DNA from: Candidatus Eiseniibacteriota bacterium
GTDB lineage: Bacteria > Eisenbacteria > RBG-16-71-46
DNA length: 64,000 nucleotides
Direction of reading: 5' to 3'
NCBI GenBank assembly: GCA_963725865.1
Contig: CAVSAC010000010.1
Location: 384,001-448,000, forward strand
The position numbers and the translations under genes were made by a program. The notes beneath the pieces were generated by a model. The model was not told where the DNA came from and ran no database searches. It was given only the letters and a program-made list of their open reading frames with translations. Within the stretch, counting starts at the first letter, position 1. Each line of letters starts with the position of its first letter. This document shows positions 10,416-20,708 of this stretch, piece by piece.

Positions 10416-11027
10416 GTGTCACCGTCGCCCCGCGAGATTCCGCCAGGCGGCGGTGCCGAGCGCACCGCCGACACGTTCCTGACCAGCGAGCTCGTGCAGC
10501 GTGCCCAGGCGGGCGACGCGGCGGCGCTCGAGCGCATCCTCGAGCGCTACCTTCCACGGCTCCAGCGCTGGGCCAGCGGCCGCCTGCCGTCGTACGCCCG
10601 CTCGCTGTTCGACACCACCGACATCGTCCAGGAGACCCTGCTGCGCACGCTCGAGGGCATTCACCGCATCGAGGCACGCCCGGGCGTGTTCCAGAGCTAC
10701 GTGCGAAAGGCGGTGCTCAATCGTATTAGGGATCAGATCCGCTGGGCGTCGCGGCGAGCGGGCTCCGGGGAGATCCCCGAGGACCTCGCCGATCCCGCGC
10801 CGTCGCCGGTGGAGCATGCGATCGGCGCGGACCTGCTGGCGCGCTACGAACGCGGCATGGAAGCGGTCGACGACGAGGATCGGCGCATCCTGCATCTGAG
10901 GATCGACCTGGACTTCGACTTCGACGAGATCGCGGCGATGACCGACCGACCGAGTCCCAACGCCGCGCGGATGGCGTTCCAGCGCGCGCTCGGGCGGCTT
11001 GCGGAGGCGATGGGCGGTGAGTCTTGA
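10416..11027 (+). CDS. ECF sigma-70 factor
   Basis: SD AGGAGG then GTG. LVQRAQAGDAAALE..DTTDIVQET..NRIRDQIR (sigma2) and FDEIAAM..AARMAFQRALGRL (sigma4). Confidence 0.92.
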   Translation: MSPSPREIPPGGGAERTADTFLTSELVQRAQAGDAAALERILERYLPRLQRWASGRLPSYARSLFDTTDIVQETLLRTLEGIHRIEARPGVFQSYVRKAVLNRIRDQIRWASRRAGSGEIPEDLADPAPSPVEHAIGADLLARYERGMEAVDDEDRRILHLRIDLDFDFDEIAAMTDRPSPNAARMAFQRALGRLAEAMGGES

Positions 11028-13899
11028 CGACGGCATCGAGCCGCTGATCGCGTCGGTCGCCAGCCGCACGCCCGTCGACTGGGACGCGGCGGCGCGCGGC
11101 GCCCGCGACGACGCCGAACGCGCGCGCGTGGCGGCCCTGCGCGGGATCGAGCGCATCGCGTCGTTCAGCCACGAGCAGTGGCAGCGATTCGGCACGTTGA
11201 TCGACCACGCGCGAACGCTGGACGGCTCGACGCTCGAGGACTGGCTCGGGAAGCTCGACGCGGACGACGCGACGGATCTGCGCTGGCTGCTGGCGCGGCC
11301 GCAGATCCCCACCCCCGGCCTTCGCGCGCCGCGCGATGCGCCCGACGACGACGCGGTCGCCGAGGTGGACGCTGGATGGGCGGACGCATCCACGCCCGCC
11401 ACGGGGCTGCGCCTGGGCGCGTACACCCTCGAGGCGCCGATCGGCGAAGGCGGCATGGGTGAGGTCTGGAGCGCGCGGCGCAGCGACGGGCGCTTCGAGG
11501 GCCGCGTCGCGATCAAGCTCCTGCGCCTGCCGCTCGTGGGCCGGCACGGCCGCGGCCGCTTCCAGCGCGAAGGCGAGATCCTCGCGCGCCTGAGGCATCC
11601 GCACATCGCGCAGCTGCTGGATGCCGGGGTGACGGATGGCGGCCAGCCGTTCCTGGTGCTGGAGCACGTGGACGGCGTGCCGATCGACCGCTACTGCGAC
11701 GCGCGCGGGCTCGACCTGCGCGCGCGCATCCGGCTGTTCCTCGACGTGCTCGAGGCGGTCGCGCACGCGCAGGCGAACCTGGTGCTGCACCGCGACCTCA
11801 AGCCCTCGAACATCCTCGTCGACCCGGCCGGCCGGGTGAAGCTGCTCGACTTCGGCGTCGCCAAACTGCTCGAGGCCGAGTCGGCCGCCGCCGCGGCGAC
11901 CGAGGTCACGCAGCACGCGGGGCGCGCGTTCACCCCCGAGTTCGCGGCGCCGGAGCAGCTGCTGGGCGAGCCCGTGACGACCGCGACCGACGTCTACTCG
12001 GCTGGCGTCGTGCTGTACCGGCTCCTCACCGCAGCGCACCCCAAGCCGATCGGCCAGGGCGCGCCGCTCGAGCGCCTCCGCGTCGCGCTCGAATCCGAGC
12101 CGCGGCTGGCGAGCCTGGCGGCGGGCGATCGGGAGCGGACCGCGACTCCCGCGGGGGGCGCACCATCGGCGGCACGGCGGCGCCGGCGCGAGCTGCGCGG
12201 CGATCTCGACAACGTCCTCGCGAAGGCGCTCAAGCGCTCACCCGCCGAACGCTACGCGAGCGCCGCCGCGTTCGCGGACGAGCTCCGGCGCTTCCTCGCC
12301 GGGGAGCCGGTGCTCGCGCGCGCGGACACGATCCGCTACCGGGTCGGCAAGTTCGTGCGCCGCCATCGTGGTCCGGTGATCGGCGCGAGCGCCGCCGTGC
12401 TCGCGCTCGCGGGCGTGACGGTCGTCGCCCTGCACGAGCGCGCGGATGCGCGGCGCCAGCGCGATGAGGCGCGCGAACAGGCGCGGCGGGCCGACGCGTT
12501 CACGCACGTCATCACGAGCCTGCTGTCCCAGGTCGGTCCCGGTGGCCGAGCGCTCACTCCAGAGGAGTTGCTCGATCGCGCGGTCGTCGAGATGGAGGCG
12601 TCCTACCGGGACCAGCCCGCATTCCTCGTGGACATGCTGATCCGGATCTCGGGCCGCTACTACGACCTCACGAACTCGAACAAGGAGCTCGCGACGCTGG
12701 AGAAGGCCGAAGCGGTTGCGCGGCGGGCGAACGACCCGGCGCTCGTCTTCGACGTGCAGGTCAATACCGTCGAGACCGAGCTGTCGCTCGGGCGACTGAA
12801 GGAGGCGACGCGGCGGATCGAGGAAGCGCGGCGCCTGCTGCCGACGCTGATCGTGAAGCCCGATCTCGACGACTACCTGCGCGCGGAGGCCAAGGTCGCC
12901 CGCGCGAACGGCGACTTCACGGCCGCCATCCGCTACCTCGAGGAAGCGCGTGCGCTGCTCGAATCGAAGCGCTCGACCAGTGGCAACAGCTACCCGGGGA
13001 TCCTGAGCGAGCTCGGCTATTCCTACATGCTGCTGGGAGCGACTCCGCAGGCATACGAAGTGAGCGAGCGGATCGTCTCACTGGACCGCGAACAGGGCCG
13101 CTCCGAGAGCGCGCCCGGCATCGCCGCGCGCGCGTCATTCGCCGCCGTGGTGTACAACCTCGGCGAGGTGAGACGGGCGCGCGCGCTGTACGAGGAGTTC
13201 GTCCGCGAGCGGCCGCGGGCGGGCAGCGAACTGCTGCCCGGGCTCTCGCACCTGTACGCCGACATGCTGAGCCGCATGGGGCTCCAGCAGGACGCCCTGC
13301 GGATCCTCGCCGATGCGGTGCCGCGCGCCGAGGAGAGCGACAACTGGTCGGTGATCGTCCGCGTCCGCGAATCGCAGACGCGGGTACTGCTGCGAGGCGG
13401 TCAGCTCGAAGAAGCCGGACGGGCTCTCGCGGCGACGTTCGCCGCGCTCGAGCACGACGAGGCTGCCCCGTTGCGATTCCGGGTCGAGGCGGACCGGCTC
13501 CGCGCCGAGCTGGCGCTCGCACGGGGGGATCTCGATGCGGCGCTCGGCGCCGCTCGCGCCGCGCTCGCGCGTGCGGGCTACCCCGCGCAGCGCCGCGGAC
13601 CGGGCCTCCCGGCCTGCGTGCGGACGCTCGCGCGGATCCAGCTCGCCCGCCACGAGTGGACCGCGGCCGCCGAGTCGGCCCGTGCGGCGGTCGAGATCTT
13701 CGAGCGCGACTCGATCGATCCGTCCCGCAGCGCCGACGTCGGGGAGGCCACGCTGCTGCTCGCCCGGGCGCAGCACGAGCAGGCGCTCACGAGCCAGGCG
13801 CGCCGGAATCTCCCCCGCGCGATCGAGTGCCTGCGCAACGGCCTGGGCGCCGAACACGAGCTGACCCGGCAGGCGCAGGCCTTCGCGGCCCAGTGGTGA
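11017..13899 (+). CDS. Membrane Hanks-type Ser/Thr kinase with a C-terminal TPR-like region
   Basis: GEGGMGEV, VAIK, HRDLKPSN, DFG, APE, DVYS; TM segment VIGASAAVLALAGVTVVAL; helical repeats follow. The start overlaps the ECF end. Confidence 0.93.
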   Translation: MSLDDGIEPLIASVASRTPVDWDAAARGARDDAERARVAALRGIERIASFSHEQWQRFGTLIDHARTLDGSTLEDWLGKLDADDATDLRWLLARPQIPTPGLRAPRDAPDDDAVAEVDAGWADASTPATGLRLGAYTLEAPIGEGGMGEVWSARRSDGRFEGRVAIKLLRLPLVGRHGRGRFQREGEILARLRHPHIAQLLDAGVTDGGQPFLVLEHVDGVPIDRYCDARGLDLRARIRLFLDVLEAVAHAQANLVLHRDLKPSNILVDPAGRVKLLDFGVAKLLEAESAAAAATEVTQHAGRAFTPEFAAPEQLLGEPVTTATDVYSAGVVLYRLLTAAHPKPIGQGAPLERLRVALESEPRLASLAAGDRERTATPAGGAPSAARRRRRELRGDLDNVLAKALKRSPAERYASAAAFADELRRFLAGEPVLARADTIRYRVGKFVRRHRGPVIGASAAVLALAGVTVVALHERADARRQRDEAREQARRADAFTHVITSLLSQVGPGGRALTPEELLDRAVVEMEASYRDQPAFLVDMLIRISGRYYDLTNSNKELATLEKAEAVARRANDPALVFDVQVNTVETELSLGRLKEATRRIEEARRLLPTLIVKPDLDDYLRAEAKVARANGDFTAAIRYLEEARALLESKRSTSGNSYPGILSELGYSYMLLGATPQAYEVSERIVSLDREQGRSESAPGIAARASFAAVVYNLGEVRRARALYEEFVRERPRAGSELLPGLSHLYADMLSRMGLQQDALRILADAVPRAEESDNWSVIVRVRESQTRVLLRGGQLEEAGRALAATFAALEHDEAAPLRFRVEADRLRAELALARGDLDAALGAARAALARAGYPAQRRGPGLPACVRTLARIQLARHEWTAAAESARAAVEIFERDSIDPSRSADVGEATLLLARAQHEQALTSQARRNLPRAIECLRNGLGAEHELTRQAQAFAAQW

Positions 13900-13932
13900 C
13901 CGGGGCCGGGTGCCCCGGTGCACGACCGACGC

Positions 13933-13964
13933 CGACGGCCACTCCCGCTCGGGAGTGGCCGTCG
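13933..13964. terminator. Hairpin between convergent genes
   Basis: Perfect inverted repeat CGACGGCCACTCCC-gctc-GGGAGTGGCCGTCG. Confidence 0.65.
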
Positions 13965-13990
13965 CGCGTTGCTTCTCTGAGAAGCTCCGT

Positions 13991-16900
13991 CTAGTGCACC
14001 AGCGCCACCTTGTTGGTCAGGTGCTCGCCTTCGGCGCTCAGGCGCATGAAGTAGACGCCGGCGGGAGCCGCGCCCCCGCGCTCGTCGCGCCCGTCCCACG
14101 TCACTTCGTGCAGTCCGGCGGCGAACACGCCGTCGGCCAGCACGCGCACGCGGCGTCCCTGCAGGTCGACCACGTCGAGTCGCGCCGGGCCCTGGCGGGT
14201 GAGCGCGAAGGAGACCGTGGTGCGCTCGCGCGCCGGATTGGGTCGCGCCTGCGCCAGCATCAACCCACCGCCCAGCGACGACGGCCCGACCGCGGCCGGG
14301 TTGTTCGACACCCGCGTGTCCCACTCGCGGCGCCCGTTGCGCGCCATCGAGGCCCACGGCGACGTCGGGAAGTAGACCGAGTGGCTGAGGGTGCGGAGCA
14401 GCCAGGAATAGGAAGTGCCCGGCGTGAGTCCGCTGACGTTCTGCCCGAGCAGGGTGAGGCTCCCGAACGCGCCACCGCCGCCGCCTGTCGGCGTGAAAGC
14501 GGCCTGGCGCCCGGCGATCGAGGGGCCGGGCGTGCCCACCGCGGGGTCGAGCTTCCATTCGTAGCGCACCTTCGTGCGGCCCGCCGCCGAGCGGCCGAGG
14601 CCGAAGAAGTACAGACCGCTCCCACCGGGCCGGCCGAGCATCGGGACGACGGTCCCGCCGCTCGAGCGCAGCGCGAACTTCGTGCGCACCTGCCCGAGAC
14701 CACCGGCACCGAGGTACAGGCGCGCGTCGCCCTGGCGGCCGTTGAAGCCGGGCAGCCCGAACACCAGGTCGCTCCACCCGTCGCCGTTGACGTCGCCGGC
14801 GTTCGCCACCGTGTGCCCGATGTTGGCGAACGTGCCGCCGCCGACCGCGGTCCACGCAGGCGCGGCACCCGGCGTGAGCGGACCGCGGTACACGAACACC
14901 TTGCCCTGGTCGTTCGCGCCGCCGGCGTTCATGAACACCGCACCCACCACGATGTCGCTCAGGCCGTCGCCGTCGATGTCGCCCGCACTGGACACCGACG
15001 AGCCGAAGCCGGAGAAGCCTTCACCGCCGGCCTGGCTCCAGATGGCGCTCGGGTTGAGCCCGGTCGACGAGCCGGCGAACGCGAACGCGCCGCCCTCGCC
15101 GGTGATGGCGGGCTGGTAGCCGAGCGCGCCGGCGACGACGTCGGAGTAGCCGTCGCCGTTCACGTCGCCGGCGAACGCGATCGAGCAGCCGAGGCGCAGG
15201 TTGCCGCTGCCCTCGACGTACTGGATGGCGCCGAGGCCAGCCGGTCCGCCGAGCGCCCACAGGATGCGCCCGGAATCCACCAGGAAGAACGGCCCCGCCG
15301 GCTTGTCGTAGTCGGGCACGCCGGCGACGATGTCGGAGTAGCCGTCGCCGTTGATGTCGCCGCCGCCGGCGACCGCCTGCCCCATGTGCGCGTCCTGCTG
15401 CCCGCCGTGAGCGCTCCACGCCACCGTGTGCGAGAGCCCACCCGAGCCGCCGAGGTAGACGAACACGCTGCCCTCGCCGGAGACCGTGGACGCGTCGGTG
15501 GGCGCGCCGACGATCACGTCGGCGTAGCCATCGCCATTGACGTCTCCCGCGCACGCCACCGAGCCCCCGAACTGGGTCGCCGAGCTCGTGGCAGTGACGC
15601 TGTCCGCGACCTGACCGCTCAGCAGCCCACCCGCCCGGCCGTACCAGATCAGCGCCTTGCCCACGCCGACGCCACCCTGGTGCGCACCGACGATGATGTC
15701 GTCGAAGCCGTCGCCGTTCACGTCGCCCGCCGATGCCACCGAGATGCCGAGCTGATCGCCCGCGGCGCCGCCGACCGCCGACCACACGCCGTTCGGCCCG
15801 ATCGCGCTGCCGTACTCGAGGAACACGCGGCCGCGGTTGCCCGCGGCGCCGTCGGAGAACGACGGGTCGCCGATCAGGAAGTCATCGTAGCCGTCGCCGT
15901 TCACGTCACCGGCGCTGGCGACCGACCAGGCGTAGTTCGGGCTCGCGAAGTCCCCGAGCAGGTTCCAATTGACCGCGGTGGACGGCTTGTCGCCGGTGCC
16001 GTAGTAGAGCTGGATCGCCCCTTCCTGGGACTGACCGTTCGAGTAGCCGGGCTCCCCGACCACCACGTCGCTGAAGCCGTCACCATTGACGTCCCCGGCG
16101 GTCGCCACCGAGAAGCCGAGGAGCGCGCCCGCCTGGTTGCTCTCGACCCAGAAGTTGGAAATCATCGTGGTCTTGTAGGACTGGAACACCGCGAAGAAGC
16201 CCTCGACGGACTCCGGCGAGCTGTAGTCGAAGGCGCCGACCACCACGTCGGCGAGGCCATCGCCGTTGACGTCGCCGGCCGGCCCCACCGAGTAACCGAA
16301 CTGCGCGCCCGCCGTCGGTCCGTACTCGCTCCAGAACAGCGTCGTGTCCACGCCCGTCGCGGAGCCGCGATAGATGCAGGCCTCGCCGCAATCGGTGAGG
16401 CTGAAGTAGTCCGCGGTGTTGGCGCCCACGATCACGTCCGAATAGCCGTCCCCGTTGACGTCGCCCGCGGTCCCCACGCTCACGCCGAAGTTTCCGCCCG
16501 AGCTGACGCCGCTGATCGTGATACGCGCCCCAAAGGCGCCCAGCCCGCCACCGTAGATCGGAAGGCCGGTCGCGCTGCCGAGGAACACGTAGGCCTCACC
16601 GGGCGCGGTCGCGCCCGGTGCGCCGACGATGATGTCGTCGTAGCCATCGCCATTCACGTCGCCGGCGGTGCTCACGGAGTTTCCCAGGTAGCTGTAGGCG
16701 GAGAGGAACTGGCAGCCGAACAGCGACCAGCTCGGGCCGGCGGGGATCCCGGTCGCGCTGCCGTAGAACACGTCGACCCGGCCGTGGCTGTCGGTGGTCC
16801 CGCCGCACAGGCCGAACTGCGAACCGTAGCCGGGCGTTCCTATGATGAGATCGTCGAAGCCATCGCCGTTGACGTCGCCAGCGGTGCCCACCGAAAAGGC

Positions 16901-17446
16901 GTACAAGCCCGCGCCGACGCCGATGGTGTTCGTCCACGGGTGTCCGGTGTCGAGCCCGGAGGGTCTGCCGTAGTACACGATCAACGTGCCGCCGCCGATG
17001 TTAGAGACACCGACCGCCACGTCGGCGTAACCGTCGCCGTTGAGGTCGCCGGCGGCACCGCAGGTCGGGTTGCCCGGCGCCAGGCCGGTGATCGGAAAGC
17101 CCGCGGCCAGCGACGGCCCGCTCGGGCCGCCGAGGAACAGGAAGAACGTGTTGGTCGTGCTGGTCGGCCCGGAGCCTACGGCGATCATGTCGCTGTAGCC
17201 ATCGCCGTTGACGTCACCCGCGGTGGAGACCGCCCAGCCCACCTGGCGCGCCGCGACGTTGTACTCGTACGGCCAGCCAGCGGCGGCGACCATGTTCAGC
17301 GGGCTCGCGCCGGCGGAGCGCGCGGCCGCCAGGGGCGTGAGCGGCGGGGCCGAGTCGGCGCGGGTGGCCGCCAGCGGCGGGAGGAACAGCAGGGCGATCA
17401 GGGCGAGAGCGCGGATGTCGGAGAGCGACGACCAGGCGGGGCGCAT
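13991..17446 (-). CDS. Secreted FG-GAP (integrin-alpha-like) repeat protein with an FlgD/T9SS-like tail
   Basis: Signal peptide; more than 12 repeats of FGxSVxxAGDVNGDGYxDxxVGAP; tail RPNP..DLQGRRVR..WDGRDERG..AGVYF. Confidence 0.93.
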   Translation of the reverse strand: MRPAWSSLSDIRALALIALLFLPPLAATRADSAPPLTPLAAARSAGASPLNMVAAAGWPYEYNVAARQVGWAVSTAGDVNGDGYSDMIAVGSGPTSTTNTFFLFLGGPSGPSLAAGFPITGLAPGNPTCGAAGDLNGDGYADVAVGVSNIGGGTLIVYYGRPSGLDTGHPWTNTIGVGAGLYAFSVGTAGDVNGDGFDDLIIGTPGYGSQFGLCGGTTDSHGRVDVFYGSATGIPAGPSWSLFGCQFLSAYSYLGNSVSTAGDVNGDGYDDIIVGAPGATAPGEAYVFLGSATGLPIYGGGLGAFGARITISGVSSGGNFGVSVGTAGDVNGDGYSDVIVGANTADYFSLTDCGEACIYRGSATGVDTTLFWSEYGPTAGAQFGYSVGPAGDVNGDGLADVVVGAFDYSSPESVEGFFAVFQSYKTTMISNFWVESNQAGALLGFSVATAGDVNGDGFSDVVVGEPGYSNGQSQEGAIQLYYGTGDKPSTAVNWNLLGDFASPNYAWSVASAGDVNGDGYDDFLIGDPSFSDGAAGNRGRVFLEYGSAIGPNGVWSAVGGAAGDQLGISVASAGDVNGDGFDDIIVGAHQGGVGVGKALIWYGRAGGLLSGQVADSVTATSSATQFGGSVACAGDVNGDGYADVIVGAPTDASTVSGEGSVFVYLGGSGGLSHTVAWSAHGGQQDAHMGQAVAGGGDINGDGYSDIVAGVPDYDKPAGPFFLVDSGRILWALGGPAGLGAIQYVEGSGNLRLGCSIAFAGDVNGDGYSDVVAGALGYQPAITGEGGAFAFAGSSTGLNPSAIWSQAGGEGFSGFGSSVSSAGDIDGDGLSDIVVGAVFMNAGGANDQGKVFVYRGPLTPGAAPAWTAVGGGTFANIGHTVANAGDVNGDGWSDLVFGLPGFNGRQGDARLYLGAGGLGQVRTKFALRSSGGTVVPMLGRPGGSGLYFFGLGRSAAGRTKVRYEWKLDPAVGTPGPSIAGRQAAFTPTGGGGGAFGSLTLLGQNVSGLTPGTSYSWLLRTLSHSVYFPTSPWASMARNGRREWDTRVSNNPAAVGPSSLGGGLMLAQARPNPARERTTVSFALTRQGPARLDVVDLQGRRVRVLADGVFAAGLHEVTWDGRDERGGAAPAGVYFMRLSAEGEHLTNKVALVH

Positions 17447-17788
17447 CGCGATGTCCTCCTGTGGGCAAGGGGGCTGCGGGCTGAACGACGCAGCGGTCGT
17501 CCAAAGAAGAGGGAGTCCGCCAGCGGAAGTTCGTCACAGGCGAACTCGGTGCGGCCTGCGTGCGCGGCCAGGGAGGACCCCGGCCGACCGTGTCGGGCGG
17601 GCGCGGCGCCCCCGCCCGGGGCGCGCCGGGTGGCGCTGACGCCGGTGCACTCCCTCCGGATGTGTTCGCCACCCAGGACCCGGACGTAAGGGGGAGCGGG
17701 ACCCGAGCGCTGGCGGCTCGGGCCCCATCGCGCGCCGAGTCCCCCGGCGTCGCGACGAGGATCGACCCGACCGGATGGAGGCCCCCCG

Positions 17789-20639
17789 ATGTTCCCGCGC
17801 ATCCCCACTTCGATTGCCCCTGCCGTCGTCGCGCTCGTCGCCACGCTCGCGTGGCTCGCGTCCGCGCCGCCCGCGGCCCGCGCGGTCCAGCGCTCGTGGA
17901 CGAACGCGGCCGGCGGCTCGGCGGGAACCTCGACCAACTGGAACCCGGCGGGGATCCCCGGCCCGCTCGACCAGCTCATCTTCGGCCTGGCCAGCACGTA
18001 TGCCGTCACGTTCGCCACGCCGGTCGACTCGGTGGCGACGCACAACGTGCTGAGCCCGAGCGTGGGGTTCAGCGTCACCGGCACCCACCGCATCACGGAC
18101 ACGTTCGAGGTGGGCGGGGCGACGCCGGCGCGCGCCACGCTCACGCTGGGCACGCTGTCCGCGCGCGCGATCATGGTCGGGCGCTCGGCCGGTCAGAAGG
18201 CCGCGCTGTTCGTCACGGGCGCGCAGCTCGTGGGCAACGGGCACATCGACGTGTCCGGCGTCGGCGCGTCAGTCACGCTGGGACAGGCCGCCGGCGCGAC
18301 CGGGAACCTGTATCTGCTCGGCGGTGGCAACATCACCGCGAACGGCCCGGTCGCCCTCGCACCGGCCGGCGCTTGCTCCGTGAGCGTGGCCGGCGGCGGC
18401 CTCGCGGGCCTCCCGCGTTCCGCATTGCGCTCCGCCGGCCCGAACGGGCACGTCACGCTCGCCGGTTCGGGCACCGCTTGGCTGGACGTGTTCAACAACG
18501 GAGTCGCGGACATCGCCGGCGATCTCTCGCTCGCCGCGTCGCTCGGCTCGTCCGCGACTATGAACGTGTATCGGACCCCCACGGGAGTCGGCGTTCCTTT
18601 GCTCACGGTGCGCGGGCGCTGCAACGTGGGCGGCACGACCGGCTCGAGCGCGCAGACCGGCACGGCACAGCTGACCGTCGGGCCGAATGGCGCCGGGTCG
18701 TTTCTCGGTCCGTGTACGGTCGGCAGTCCCGCGAGCGGCGGCATCGACCGGCTGACCGTGACGACCGGGGGCGCCGCGACGTTCGCGAGCGGCCTGCGGG
18801 TGTACTCGCAGACCAACGGGCGGCTCGACGTCTCGGGCGGCAGCGCGCTCGTCACGGGCGGCTCGTTCTGGTACGGCGGCGGCGTGACGCTCCCTGTCAC
18901 GGGGCCCGGGCTGCCATCGCTGCAGCTGCTGAATGGCGGCCCGGACACGATCCAGGCGAGCAGCATTCCGGCGCAGCCCGCGCTGCTGGTGGGCGGGGCC
19001 GGCGGGGCTGCGAGCATGACGGTGCGCCGGCCCGGCACGAGCCTGCTCGTGATGGGACCGGTCAATCTCGGGGCCGACAGCCAATCCGGCGCGTTGACCG
19101 TGGATTCGTCGGCCAGCGTGCGGGTGACCGGCCTCACGCACATCGGCGGGACCTCGAACGCCTGCCAGCTCACCCTGCAGAGCGGCGGCGCGTGGACAGG
19201 CACCAGCCTCGAGCTCGCGACCGCTGGCGGTGGCGGCGGGCTGCTCGCGGATGGCGCCGGCAGCAGCGGGCTCGCGACCGGGGACGTGAGCATGGGACCC
19301 GGCACCGCGTGGTTGCAACTGCACAACGGCGCGCGCTTCCAGCAGACGAGTCCTGCCGCTGTGTGTCAGGTGGGTGGCAGCAGCTCGGTCGAGGTGCTGC
19401 AGGGCTCGACCTTCACCAGCGCCGGCACGCTCAGTGTCTTCGGGGACCTCCTCCTCAGCGAGTCCTCGGTGTTCGCATCGCGGGTCAACGTCGCCTCCGG
19501 TGGCTCCGTGCAGGCGACCACGGGACTCCTCCGCGCCGAGATCGCGGTGGCCACCGGCGGGTTGCTCGACGCGGCGGCGAGCGGCTACGCGATCCCCGCG
19601 GCTGGAGGTCGGCACGGCGCTCAGCCCGAACGGCTTCGCGTGCACCGGCACGCTGCACGTGAGCAGCGACACGCTCGTGATCCGCGACGCCGACGGCGCG
19701 CAGCTTGGCAACACGCAGCTCCTGGCGGGCTGCCTCGACCTGCCGGCCGGCAGCCGACTCATGCCGGGCACCTCGCTCAGCGGCGACGGCACGCTGTTCG
19801 GCGACCTCACGAACCTCGGCGCCGTCTATCCGGGGGGCGTCGGCCTCGCGCTCGGGGGCCGGCTCGCGAGCCACGGTAGCGCCATCGCGGGCGGCGTGCT
19901 GCGCGTGATCGCCGGCGGCCAGCTCGAGGCCACCGGTGAGGTCAGCAGTCTGGTCGAGAATGGCGGCACCCTGCGACTCGGAGACGCGCCGGGGCACCTG
20001 GTGCTGTCGCCACCGCTCGCGCTGGCGAGCAAGGACGGGCTCGTCCTCTACACCCAGCTCACCTCGGGCGCGCTCCTGGTGCACGTGGGGGCGCCCGGCA
20101 GCGCACTGCACGACACGCTCCAGATCAGCGGCACTGCCGTGCTCGAAGGACGGCTCGAGCTGTGGACGAGCCCCGGCTATCTGCCCGCGCCGGGCGACAC
20201 GTTCACCGTGCTCACGGCGGGCGCGGTGCAGGGCACGTTCGGCCTGGTGCAGATCAACGGCGGCCCCGCGGCCGGACACCTGAGCCTCGTCTACGGGCCG
20301 ACGACGGTCCGCGGCGTGTTCGTGAGCTCCTTGCTCGGGGTGGACGATCCGCCGGCAGCGCCCGAGGGCGTGAAGGCGCTGCGCTTCGCGACCGCCGGCA
20401 GCCCGCGCGAGGCGGCGCTGATGCTCGAGCTGCCCGCGGCGGCGAGCGCGCGCGTGATGCTCTACGACGTGACCGGCCGCCAGGCGGCGGTGCTCGCCAA
20501 CGGCGAACTGGCGGCGGGGCGGCATCGCCTCGCGCTCGCCGACACCGCGCTGCCGAGCGGCGTGTACTTCGCCCGCGCGGTCGTACGGAGTGCGGACGGC
20601 ACGCGCGTGCTCACCACGCGGGTGGTGCGGCTGCGCTAG
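17789..20639 (+). CDS. Secreted T5SS/PEP-CTERM-associated-repeat protein, paralog of 7677..10244, frameshifted at 19594-19597
   Basis: Signal peptide and TNWNPAGIP (paralog has TNWTPTGLP). Removing one C from ATCCCCG joins the frames as GYAIPRLEVG; the second frame ends YDVTGRQ..GRH..SGVYFAR. Confidence 0.8.
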
Positions 20640-20645
20640 TCGGTG

Positions 20646-20682
20646 GGCGGCGGAGCCGTGCGAGGCACCCGGCTCCGCCGCC
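20646..20682. terminator. Hairpin between convergent genes
   Basis: GGCGGCGGAGCCG ... CGGCTCCGCCGCC, a 13-bp inverted repeat. Confidence 0.6.
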
Positions 20683-20708
20683 GGATCACCGCTCGCCGCA
20701 AACGACCC

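Noticed and set aside
14780..17230. Recurring GCCGTCGCCGTT(C/G)ACGTCGCC DNA repeats, superficially CRISPR-like
   Set aside because: They encode the GDVNGDG of FG-GAP repeats, vary at synonymous positions, are spaced ~170-220 bp apart, and no cas genes are present.
4222..17689. Very long alternative ORFs (4222..7374 +, 7353..10415 +, 13910..17689 +, and the N-terminal half of 4714..10677 -)
   Set aside because: Arg/Ala/Gly/Pro-rich shadow frames of real genes, expected at high GC; no motifs.
19590..19600. Programmed frameshift or phase variation in the surface protein
   Set aside because: A C4 run is too short for a typical contingency tract, there is no slippery heptamer, and similar +1 errors occur elsewhere.
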